A stretch of DNA of 64,000 nt, from contig CM074811.1 of assembly GCA_037447605.1 (NCBI GenBank), positions 1,860,001-1,924,000 on the forward strand. Reading direction: 5' to 3'. The DNA is from Zygnema circumcarinatum SAG 698-1b. Taxonomy: Eukaryota > Plantae > Zygnematophyceae. The notes beneath the pieces are model-generated. The model was given only the letters and a program-made list of their open reading frames with translations, did not search any database and was not told where the DNA came from. Within the stretch, counting starts at the first letter, position 1; each line of letters opens with the position of its first letter. Below are positions 1 through 11,200 of the stretch, one piece after another. Position numbers and translations under genes: made by a program.

Positions 1-600
1 CAGTTGCTGCTACTGACAAACCAACAGCGAATCAAAAAGATACTTCGCCAATCTTTTGCATGGCTGTGCGTGAGTACATTTTTCATTTTTTGTATAAATG
101 TTGCCGCCATTCTCATGTCAACGTCAACATACAGCGTGTCCAAAGAAGTTCAGAATTGCTAACCATGGCAACACAAAGCGCTTCTGTTCATGTTTAAGCC
201 ATTGCTTAGCGTTGAAGGCAAGTAGAGAGTGCACTCCACGAAAGCGCTTCATTCTTAGCGCCATTTTGATTCAGTGACATCGTACCCCAGAATGTTTACA
301 TAAGGTCCGACATTTTTACATTCCCAGGTCCTCCGTGCACCTATTGGAGTCAAAATGGTCTCTTATAAGGGCTTTTTCCCCGTATCCCGCTCACGACAGT
401 TGTCCTGGTTTTGATTGTGCTCCTGCAGTTTGCTGGTGCTGACTTTGACAACTAGTGATATCCATCGTTCAATAAAGAATAACGAACAGCCCCCCTCAGC
501 GGAACAGGTGGCTGCTCTTGAAGCTTACTTGGATGACTTGAAACGATCGCGTCTTGAGAGTACATTGGATACCTTTGGTGAAAAGCGTCCACGCCGCTAG
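1..600 (+). CDS. 3' end of an unidentified spliced gene; probable last exon 429-600 (LLVLTLTTSDIHRSIK...EKRPRR*)
   Basis: GTGAGT donor at 70 and CTGCAG acceptor ending 428. Open frame to TAG at 598-600 with a helical, protein-like sequence and a basic C-terminus. Upstream exon phases not resolved; family not recognised. Confidence 0.4.
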
Positions 601-904
601 CTGTAAGAAGCCCGACGTTTTCCAATCTATGGTTGCGATACACTACAACTAGATTGGCATGGATTGATTGTCAAAGCTTGAGCTTTTGGTTTGGCGAGAT
701 TTATATTGCAGTTTTATGATGAGAGAGGATCAATTATCATCAGCATGTGCCACGGGCTTAAATGGCTTGAGGAAGATAGAATGGTTCGCAAGTGATTGTA
801 AAGCAGGTCTATAATAGAGAACCCTGTAAGTGTGGCTTGGTCATATCGTGTTTAACATTCACTCTGCTAATATCCAACAGGGTTTTTTTCTAATGAATTT
901 GCAG

Positions 905-2460
905 ATGGCTGGAGTGAAAGAAACGATTTCACGACAGAAGCAAGCTTCAGAGGATCGCGAAAGTCGAATGGAAATTATCGGGCTTGTTTCTGATACCCAT
1001 GGAGTGTTGGATGAGTTAGCCCTTGCCCTTCTTCAGGAAGCAACAAGTCTTATTATCCACGCTGGTATTTGCATACAAACGGCTATTGCTTGGACATTCC
1101 TACAGCTGCTTTTGTTAAAACTTAATGTACCAGTTATATTGGCACTCTTCCCTGGCTGTTTCCGCCTAATCGATGTTCACATTGGATTCATGCTTGTGTG
1201 ATAGGAGATGTGGGTGATAGCAAGTATAAGAGCCGTCTCGCCGCATCTGAACTCCTTCAGAGGCTGCGGGATGCAACTGGCAAAGCGGTGGTGGCTGTGC
1301 GGGGCAACGTGGACGAGGCCTGTGATGAAGGGTACGACTGTGGACCTCCCTTACTTTGCTCATGCTCAGGCAATGGCTTTTGAGGTGGGGCTCAAGTTAG
1401 TTTCCTTACTGACGCCACATGGCACTCGAGCCACGAGTGAGTGACTGGTCTTGGGAGTCACTGCTGGTTCTCATTCTTGCTGGGTTTTTGCTTGCATGGT
1501 TAAAAAAGGCCGGTTTTTGCGTAGAGTTGCTTCCATGCTAGGTATGATCCTTGCCTGATTTGCGAGTCATGTCCTTGTGCATTGTCTCAGATCCTTCGTG
1601 GGGAGAAGGATGAACTGTTGCACACAAAATAGATGCCACCAAACATGTTAGCAGATATATTTTTGCTTGCGAAGCATCCGCTGAAAAACGTGTTATGGTG
1701 TCTGGACCTTACGCAGGCTTTTGAATCTCCCGGAGACGCAGTTGTTTACGGTGGCAGGGAAGAATGTGCTCGTTCTGTGAGTGCCTCCTTGCTAGATTTT
1801 GTCAGCAGCTGCTGCGAACTTTTTAAAGGTCCAATTCTCGCTTCTTAAATTGCTCAGCTGTGAACTGAGCTTGCATTCATGCATCATGGATGTGCAGACA
1901 CATTTGTGGATTCCCGACCAATCAGGTGTTAGAAGCGAGGCAGTTGGTGGAGGCCCTGAATCCTGATGTGGTTGTGTTTGGCCATTCGCATGTTCCGAAT
2001 TCTACGTTTTGTGGAGACATATTGTACATAAACCGTGAGTCTTTTCATGACTGCTGAAAATTGCTGAATGCTGTGTCTCCTCATTTACTTCCATTCAAAT
2101 AGAGTTTGGTGGGGGAACACGTCAGACTACTCTTGCCATGTGGACTGGCTGCCCCTTCAGTCGTCAGAAAACCACTTACGAGTCTCTTGAAAGTGTACGT
2201 CTTCAACCAAGAGTCTGTACCTCTTGCCTTGCCTACCAGCCCTCCTGACCAGGGACTGTATGAGGTTGGTGCAACCAGCTGGCAGTGCAGGCCCTCGACG
2301 ATTTAAGCTTCCCCGCTGTGTGGCCTTTCTAAGGATACATCCCTGCGGAGGAATGCAAGTGGTTTTCTCTTCCCTGGATCCTCGAGAGGAGGGCAAACTT
2401 CCTCCTAACTGTAACGTAGCTTGTGAGCGACCTATGTGCTCACACTGCTGTCAGGACTGA
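905..2460 (+). CDS. YfcE/MJ0936-family metallophosphoesterase (calcineurin-like), spliced
   Basis: Motifs spread over exons: GLVSDTHG and IIHAG (905-1063), DVGD and VRGNVD (about 1205-1330), VVFGHSHVP and LYINP (about 1898-2034), GSAGPRRFKLP (2279-2460). GT-AG boundaries. Confidence 0.85.
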
Positions 2461-3481
2461 AAGAGAAGGGCTTGTTTGTGGGAGCTTTCTGCATGGATCT
2501 GTTCTTCCGTCATACTGTATATGTAAGGAAACCCATGTTGATAAAAAATATGTGGTGGACTGGTTTGCAACTTCAATACCATTCACAATTTTCTGAAATT
2601 GGCTCCTTTTTTGGGCTCCAATGGAATACATCCACTCTTTGCTTTACTAGGACCCAAGAGCTTGGAATGTCAATTAACATGTTGATCTGAGGATATTCTC
2701 GCTACTGCTTCAGTTGCGAGGCCTCTCTGCCAGTAATCTCGAACGACCAGCTAGCAAACAAACTCAAACTGAGTGCTTTCAATAGCGCATTGAACATAGA
2801 AATGCAACAGGACAACGCAGAGCAAAAAGAACTGATCTGTGTAAGATATTGGCAACGTAGAAAGTCGGCACCATGCAGTGTTCAAAAGTAAACAATAAAA
2901 GCTGCAAACATATGCTAAAGACGTATCAACGAACAACGAGCGAAGATCAACCCATCCTCTCCATTTTCAGTTTAGTCCACTGCCCTCAATCAAACGCAAC
3001 ATCCTGCCCTCTGTACATGGAAACGCACTGTTCTAAAGAACAGCCGAGGCGATCTCCAAGCCCTGCAGGACAGGGCAGCGGACACAATGAGAAAAAACAG
3101 TCGTCATTCATTCCTGTCAACAATGTTTTTGGGGTGGGAATGTCACTTGATAGTGGGATTTTGTAAAAATGCGTTCTGTAAAGCATCAAGAATCTCAGCC
3201 TTGTCGATCTTTGCAATTCGTCCCTCACGTCCGCTTTTGTCCCTGAAAGAATTGAGAGTGACATTACGCGGCTTCATTGTAAACAAATACTTTAGAAAAT
3301 TGCATAAGTATTACTGCGACGGATACTGATTCTATAGGCTCAACCCTTCAGAAATAAAAAGTTATAACAAGCATTGGCAATGGCAATCTCTTGCATGCAG
3401 CAATGCACCTACCTTTTTCCGTGGCCCATCACTATGCCTCGTCTTTTAACTCAAGTTCCGGCAGCTTCTCCCATATTCTCT

Positions 3482-4180
3482 CTAGACCTCAGAGGGCCAA
3501 GGTTCAACTTTTTGACCGTCACTTATTTCAGCCAAGGGAGATAACGTCGGCCTGTAAAATCGAAAAATTCCGATGTCATCACTTTGCCAGTCGGGATGCA
3601 TCTCCTCAATCGGTAGTTTCGACCACCGAAATCCCCTCTCCCGGAGCAACCTGAAGCATTCGACCGATTTCTCTCGGAGCTCATAGGCAATAAATATCTG
3701 CGTCTCCTGAGTGCTCAAGGACAGCAGAGTATCAGCGAGGATAGGAGTGGCCGAAACATCATACAGAAGATCGCTCCCGAGTATGATGTCGACGCTTCCC
3801 TCAACCTTCAAGTGATCAGTGCTTTTCCCCCATTCCAAAACGTCTGCACTAGCATATTCCTCTAGCCCATTCGCCGCTATATTCCTCTGCAATCCTGCAA
3901 TGAGAGGCTCTCTGTCCGTCAGAATGACACGCGCTCCAAGACGAGCAGCGGCCATGCCTGGCAGCCCCAGCCCCGCTCCAAGCTCCACTACCCGCTTTCC
4001 TGCCAGCAGGCCTCCCTCAGGCCGCCATGGAGCCGTGTCAAACCACTTGGCGAGCACGAGAGCGCAATCCCACAGCCACGCGCCGGACAGAGCAGTGCCG
4101 TCCCGAGGGTCCACGACGTCATCGAGCTCGTGCACGAGCAAAGTGCGGCCATGGATTACCACCTCTCTGCAGTTGCCCAT
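3482..4180 (-). CDS. Methyltransferase family 16 (METTL21-like protein-lysine methyltransferase), intronless
   Basis: GAWLWDCALVLA, motif I VVELGAGLGLPG, ILTD, LEWG and ILGSDLLY (DxxY). First ATG at 4180. Confidence 0.9.
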   Translation of the reverse strand: MGNCREVVIHGRTLLVHELDDVVDPRDGTALSGAWLWDCALVLAKWFDTAPWRPEGGLLAGKRVVELGAGLGLPGMAAARLGARVILTDREPLIAGLQRNIAANGLEEYASADVLEWGKSTDHLKVEGSVDIILGSDLLYDVSATPILADTLLSLSTQETQIFIAYELREKSVECFRLLRERGFRWSKLPIEEMHPDWQSDDIGIFRFYRPTLSPLAEISDGQKVEPWPSEV

Positions 4181-4204
4181 GGCCTTCTCCCCGTGCAGTC
4201 GCAA

Positions 4205-4262
4205 TTAGGGTTAGGGTTTGGGTTATGGTCAGGTGTGAAGGTTGCCCTTAGGTTTAGGGTTT
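4205..4262 (-). promoter_or_regulatory. Telo-box (AAACCCTA-like) cluster in the 5' leader of the methyltransferase
   Basis: TTAGGGTTAGGGTTT and TTTAGGGTTT on + strand, 25-80 bp upstream of the ATG. Confidence 0.55.
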
Positions 4263-4419
4263 GCACCAGCTCGCCTTCTTCTCCGCTATCGCTCTGCGCA
4301 GGAAATTGCAATGGGCGAGCGAGTGATGGGTGTGAAGGAACAGACCGAACGACCTAAAAACAAGAAAAAAGAATGAAACTTTGGAAAGCTAAGAACTGGA
4401 ACCGGTTCGCCTTGGTTCT

Positions 4420-4770
4420 ACGTTTTGTCTTTGTCCATGCACACTTGGATGGCATCGCAATCGTGAGATCAATGGCAATCCATTTTTCCTTTTTTAGAAA
4501 ACCTAGAAAGGACTCGATAAGATGGGCCACCTTTGTACGTACGCACACGCGAGGATGCGACGCACAGCGAAATGTCATATTATCTTGACCGTGCCATACG
4601 TTGTTATGTGATAGAAAGGAAGAAAGAAGTATCGCCATCGTGAGATCAATGCCACATTCCTCTCAAGAAAGAAGTAGAGCATTGATCTCACGATAAAAAA
4701 GCTTCCTTACGTCGAGAAGTTTACTTAGAAAAGGAAAATTAAAGAAAGGCTCACCCCGCAGGACAAGAAC
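4420..4770. repeat. Dispersed repeat, MITE-like (copy A)
   Basis: Motif TTGTCCATG-ACA-TGATGGCATCG-ATCGTGAGATCAATG, with an inverted copy GCATTGATCTCACGAT at about 4679-4694. Same motif occurs at about 38460-38750 and 45318-45385. Confidence 0.55.
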
Positions 4771-5240
4771 TAAATTGCCCACCGCCATCGTTATGATATT
4801 TAAGCGATCATTTATTTTTTAGAATAAGAAGGGTCGTGTCTTGCGCACACAAGTCAAATCAGCCTCCATAAACAAAGACCCCTTCGGGAAAAGCAGAGGT
4901 TGTACGAGAGCGAGTATCACACACACACACAAGTAAGGAAAACAAAGGCGGCTTTTTTTTTGAATTTAAATTCAAGAGACTGATTACAAAGAACTTGCTC
5001 AAAATGTACCTAGAATTCCAAGCGCAGCTGCCAAAGCCGCTTGCTTGCCTACCCTAATCTTCGCTCTTCCATATACTCCTACACTCAGTGCCAAGCAAAA
5101 CTGCTGTTGCCGTCATCAAGCTTTTGCCCTGACTGGCTCGCGCCCCACTAAGTCATGATGACGAGGATGGCCTTCTCCTGCAGCCGCTAGCAGACGCCCT
5201 CCAGTCCAGGTAACAAAAAACATGCCTTTTGCTGCTATCT

Positions 5241-8200
5241 TCACGCTGACCCCTCAGGAGCAACCCTTTTCCCTCGAGGTTTGCCTTTCTTCGCCGGAGC
5301 CTCCAATCCCAAGCCCAAGCCTACTGGTCCTTTTTTCTCATCCCCAGTCCCATTTGCCATATTTGCAGGAGCTGTGCTTGCAGAGCTCCCTTGTTTCCGA
5401 CCTGTTCCAGCGCCCTTTGTAGGGGGTGCTGCACCAGAAAGTGCCCCCAGACCTACTCCTAAGCCTGCTCCAAGCCCTGATACAGACCCCGTCCCCCCAC
5501 TTGCTCCTGCATTTGCAGGAGTGCTCCCTGCGGACCGACTGCTTCCGGCTGCAGTGCTGGAAGCCCCCCCCCCAGAAGCCGATGCTCCTGAACTTGCTGC
5601 TGCCCTGCCTCCTGAGCTACTCTTAGGGACCGTTGTCCCCGCTGCCCTTGGACCTGCCCCTTGGCTAATCAAGTTCAGAATCTCCTCCACATCTGCAGCA
5701 GGTGATTTGCTTCCAACCTGACTCCGCAGATTCACTCCCCTTGCTGCCGCCTTCCTCCTCACCACTTCTGCTGCTCGCGCTGCTCTCTCATCTACACCCC
5801 TTCTCATGCCCCCGGGAAGAGGACCTGCAGCAGTCCTTTGTGCATTGTTTGCCTGTTGGGGTCCTGCCTGCGCTGCCTGCTGCCCTGGGGGAGCAGCGAA
5901 GCGACCGGCCTGTTGGACACGCACAAGGGCTTCCGCCATGGCTTGGGAGGTCAGAGTCGTCCCTCCCGGCCCCCCTGCCTGCTGCAATGCTCGAAGGAGC
6001 TCCGGATTTTGCTGCAACCAAACCCATGAAGTTGTTAGCTCATCGGGAAAGAAGTTTACACATGGTAATTGAATCATCTGTTGTGGAGACTTCGCAATGG
6101 TCCTGAACCGAATGGCCCTAACCTCGCGCTTGTCCATCCCATTACTACATCCTCCATGGCTGACATTCTTAAGTGCAGCATGGCTAGGAAATCACAGAGT
6201 GCCTGTAACCCACACTGATGGATGCAAAGTGGAATACAATGACGGCTAAGATAACTGTGCTAATGTGCTATAATCTTGACACAGCTTTGGTAAAGTAATG
6301 ACCCTTTAGCCATGGGTAATGTACTGCATAATACTAATGGTGACTGACGGGATCGAATTAAAATTTGCTGCGAATTCAGCACTTACTCGCAAAGCTTCTG
6401 CAACAGCTGAAACACTCTGTGGGCGCAGCGGCATCTGGGAATGTCCAGCCCTCCTCTGCTGTGCCTGCAAAATTAGACCATCAAAGAAGACCATGTAACT
6501 TTCACAGCAGGACCTTGAAAGCGTCCCATCACTTTGACGTATAGCCTATCGCCCAGATTGCTCCATAGTAAGAAGCGAATACTGCGTCACTACCGGAAAG
6601 GCTATACTGCACAATGTGCAAGGCGTAGTCTAATTTGTCAACAGGTTTTTGCCCTGCTACGACACACCTCTGCCAGGAGAACTTTCAAGAATATAGTTGA
6701 GGGCAGGGAATGACAAGAGGACAGGACGGACAAAAGTGGAGTCCCTCCTCATATTTCACACGCAAGGCTTTTACTCCCCTCTATTTGTTTGCTGGTACAC
6801 ATGTCAAATGGTTCTGGTTAATGTTGGTAGATGATGATATATCATCCCTGGGTCCATTCTACCATATGTTGCGTACGCACCTGCACTTCATTTCGCATGA
6901 AGGATTGAATCCATTGAGCAGAGTCGCGGGTACGTGAATCCTCCTTTCCGAGCTGTTGTTCCAGGATGGCATATGCCTTCCTCTCATGCTGTTTACCCAA
7001 GTTCAGCACATACATCATCAGTCAGGTCCGGTTTGTAACACATTGACTGTCTACACAGTCCCAAAGACTGCACGTTGTCCTTTCCCATCAAGACCGTCCC
7101 GTAGCCAACCTCCAATAAACGAACTGGAATATGGACTTCCGAAAGCTGCTGGCCTATGAACTGTCGATGTTGCAGCCATCAAACAGGAAACCCTAGCAGT
7201 TCCTCGATCCAATTTCTAAGTCAGAAATGGCACCTGGACTGAAAGCTTGAATAATCCCATTGCACTGCATGCTAAAGCTAAAGCATGGTAGCTGAATGCT
7301 GTTTGAACATGGTTCTCCCCCAGCAGTCGCTCATTGCATTTGAGGGCCTCCTGCAGATAGCGCAGCGCACTGGGCATTTTTCCAGCATCCTGTGTCCCCA
7401 TGAGCACCACATGGACCACATGAATATATACCGAAACTCAAACATAGCCAGAATGAGACTGCCAACATCTCCAATTCGAACGTGTTTCCATGAAAAAAAA
7501 AAAACGATCCATTTGTTCGTATGAATTATGCGAAGGGCAGAAAGACCATCAAAACAAAAATTTGTTCGTATAGTAAAAGTAGCAGCGTGCACAATCTTGA
7601 AATGAAAGTAAGCTAATTTCCGAGGTGAACCTGGTAGGTCATGGCCATGTTGATGAAGGTTGCTGCCGTGTCTGGATGGTGACGACCGCAGGTAACAGCG
7701 AGCAACGCGAGGGTTCGTGCCATGTGACGCAGAGCCAGTTCTGGTTCATCATGAGCGTGATAGAAAAGCGCCATATTGCCATAGCTGCCACATTACAATG
7801 GAGCGAGACCATCAGCAAAGAGACACTAGCTATAAGGTATCCCGCTTTCAGCCTCTATCACAAAGGCAGGAAAAAAATAATTTCTTCATTTTATCAGTCA
7901 AACCTCGTAGACGAATCGAGCAATACGCTCTGTTCATAGATGTTACGTTTTTTTTCTGCTGTTGCTCATAATCAACGGATATCGGAGACTTAAAGAGGAT
8001 TTGAAGACTTATCACACTGTCATGTGTGGTCATCTTGCTCAACAAGTTCCGGAATAGCAGTTATAGATAAAAAACCATTGGCAAATATAGCAGCTGGCAG
8101 AGCTTGGATACAGGCTGAGCTGAGCTTGCAAGCAATCACCTGTGTGTTGTGTCCGGGTGGTCATGACCAAGGCATCTTTCGTTGATAATAAGCTCCCGGT

Positions 8201-11200
8201 GCTGTTGCAGAATGGCCGGCCCAGTCTCTCCTGCATGGTACAGCACCATGCCGAGGTTGCGGCAGCAAACTGCAACCTCTGGGTGTAAAGGGCCGCACAC
8301 CTGCATCCCATAGGAGGATGGCTTTTTTAAACAGGCTGTAGCCAGCTTCTCTCAAACAGTGATGGCAGTAGAAAGCAACCACCGTCAGTGTGAATTTCAT
8401 ACTCTGCATATCTCCCATACGAGTAACTCCAAAAATCGCAAAGATATCAGGACTACTACAATTCGAAAATAGGTGCTGAAGAACAAAAGGGGCTAATACA
8501 AGCGAGAGATACATCCAGGATGTTCTGGAATCCTTCCCACTTGCCTGCTGCAACAGGTTGTAAGCCTCCGAGAACACCTCGTATGCCTCATTCAACATGC
8601 CCTGAATACATGCCCACTTCCTGATTTAAGTAAAAAGAACAGGAGGAATCCTCACAAGCAATGAACAAGGTCGCAACCTAATCGACCAGCCAAGACAAAG
8701 CATCTTCCACGGAAAAAAACTCCAGCATGTTGCCGTCTCCTTCACGTAAGATTCATGCGTCAATGAGCCCACTTCTGAATGACCTCCAAGAATGTATCTC
8801 CTCACTAGTTTCTAGGTCAACTCTTACTTGATGCTGCTGAAGCCAATGGCCAAGCAGCGGCGCTCCCAGCAGCTTGGAGCGGCGAGGTAGCCCAACCTGC
8901 CAAGGTAGCAAGCTGACTTCATGATTCTACAGAAATCTTGAGCAACCTCTGCGATTCATGACCAAGAAAACGAATGCCAGCTGCTGTGTGCATGCAATAC
9001 CCTGTAAAGACTTGCTAAAGGTAAACTTGTAATTTCAAAGCTTCTCCAAAACCATCTTGTATCAGGCAGCAGAGCAGAAGGGACACTAGCGAACGAGAAA
9101 ATCGTAGTCAAAAGTCTCGATAGCCTCGTGCCCTCAGCTCATTTCAAAACAATAAGCACATCTGTCTTCTGCCCGTCAGTTTCTTTTCACTAGAAGATAA
9201 ATCATACAGACGAGAACTTAACCAGGAAGGTGCAAGATCTATATGGACAGTGGCTCCTGCCACTGTGAGGCCTGGCCATGATAACCCCTGGCAATGAGTT
9301 CCCTTGCGAAGATCTAAATGTCCCCAGTGATTGTTTCTGATGAAGTGAATTCAATAGCCGTTTCCAAAAAGGCACGGTAAACTCTAAACCAAGAAGGCAG
9401 TTGTTCTGATCTTGTCCTTGGAAACGAAAGATGGGCGAGCATTAAGTACCTCATTCATGAGACGTTTGCCACGCTCCACCAGGGCGTGTGCGTCCTGGCA
9501 GAGGGGAGCAGCGTGCTTTACTACTGGCTGCAGGTCCTCCACATCGTCTAAATTCAGAGGGGCCTCGGTCTCAAAATCATAATCCCGAGCAGCGAGGACT
9601 ATGCCCATCTGCGTGCAGCACAAAAACAGGCGAGTTGAACAGCAGGCACTTCACGATTCTAAGGTGAAGATATGTCAGTGTGAAATTAAGGGCAGACAAC
9701 TAACGATAAGGAAGTGTGTTCATTCACATCCACTTGGGCGGTTGTACCCTCGCGAAAAAGAGTCAAGTTTATCCCTAATTACGGTGTGATGCGGAACATC
9801 ACCAGGCAACGAAGGACATTCATCTGACTAGGAAGCGGATCTTTCTGAAGAGAAAAGGGGCACAAGCAGGCAGACGTCCTGTTTATTACATCGTAATCAT
9901 GGTTACCTGTTGGAACCGAGATGCGAGCTAGCTTTAATGGCCAGGAAGGAGTTCGCAGCTAACTGCACTGATATTTGAAAGGACTGAGAAATCACCACTA
10001 CATGCTTGAACAGGACTGAGCGGAAGTAAGGACGAAGTGGCACACTGGGGAAAGGAAGGGGACACTAACAACTCTAGATGACAAAAGTTCAAGTCTGTCC
10101 AATTCATAGCCCTACTGGAAGGTTATGATACACAATACAGAATTCGATATTCGACTTACTTTAAGGGAGAGATTTCTCAAAGTGGAGATGTGGCGAACAA
10201 TAACTCGGACATCTGGAGGAAGCTCAAACTGCGGTCGGTGACCCACAAACAAAAAGTAAGTCAGTATCTAAAGTATGTTTGAAAGCTGATCGATAACAAG
10301 ATAGGCAGAGAATAAAAGCAGCTCGATACATTTACATTCATGTCTTCAATGCTAACTGCTAATTAATGTTTGACCTCTACTGTCGCCCTCGCAAAATGAA
10401 GACATAGATCATCAAACAGAGACCAACCCAGGTAGAGGCATTTCACATCTATTTACATCACCTCAACATTGGTCACTACAAAGATATGGGCACTGTCACA
10501 AAACTCTATCCAAGCAACATTACCGCCTTCAAGACACATTGAAAAGCCAAGTCTGGCCAATAGATTGGCAGCTTTCCACATTGGAACCTAAGCTCAATGG
10601 AGCAATTCCCTTAAATTCGCACCTGATACTTGAATTTCACACCCCCCAATATGTCTGACCAGACCATCTCTGCAGTGATCCGAGTATATCCTGGTCGATC
10701 ATCAAAAACCACGGTCTCGGCATTCTTTTCCGTCTCGGCGTTCTTTTCCGTCTCGGCATTCTTTTCCGTCTCAGCATTGCCCTTATCTGCTTCCGCCTTG
10801 TTCTCCACCTTTTCTGCTTCCTTTACAGCTGCCTGTTTGCCACTTTTCCCTTTCTTGCTCTTTCCTTTAGGAGTCGTATTCTCTGCAGGAGTCGTGTTCT
10901 CTGTTGGGTTCGGGGGCTTCTCTTCCGGAGGGGTTTGAGCTGCAGCTGTACCGCCAGTAGGAGGTGGAGGACTAGGTGAAGATGCTGGTGGGGAGTCTGC
11001 TGTAGCTGCGAACAAAGTAGTAGAAGAAGTGCCGATGAAACAGTTGATGAAGTGAGCAATGGCTCCACCGACATCCTGATCAAGCGTCTCCCTTAATACC
11101 GCCTGCGAGCCGAAATTTCCCAGACATACACCAGCTGTCAATTAGAGAACCAACAGAAAAGTTTTGCCATTTAACGACAAAAAAAAAGCCATGATTAAGA

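Noticed and set aside
905-2460. VPS29 assignment
   Set aside because: It has the catalytic-type GNVD and GPRRFKLP motifs rather than VPS29 signatures.
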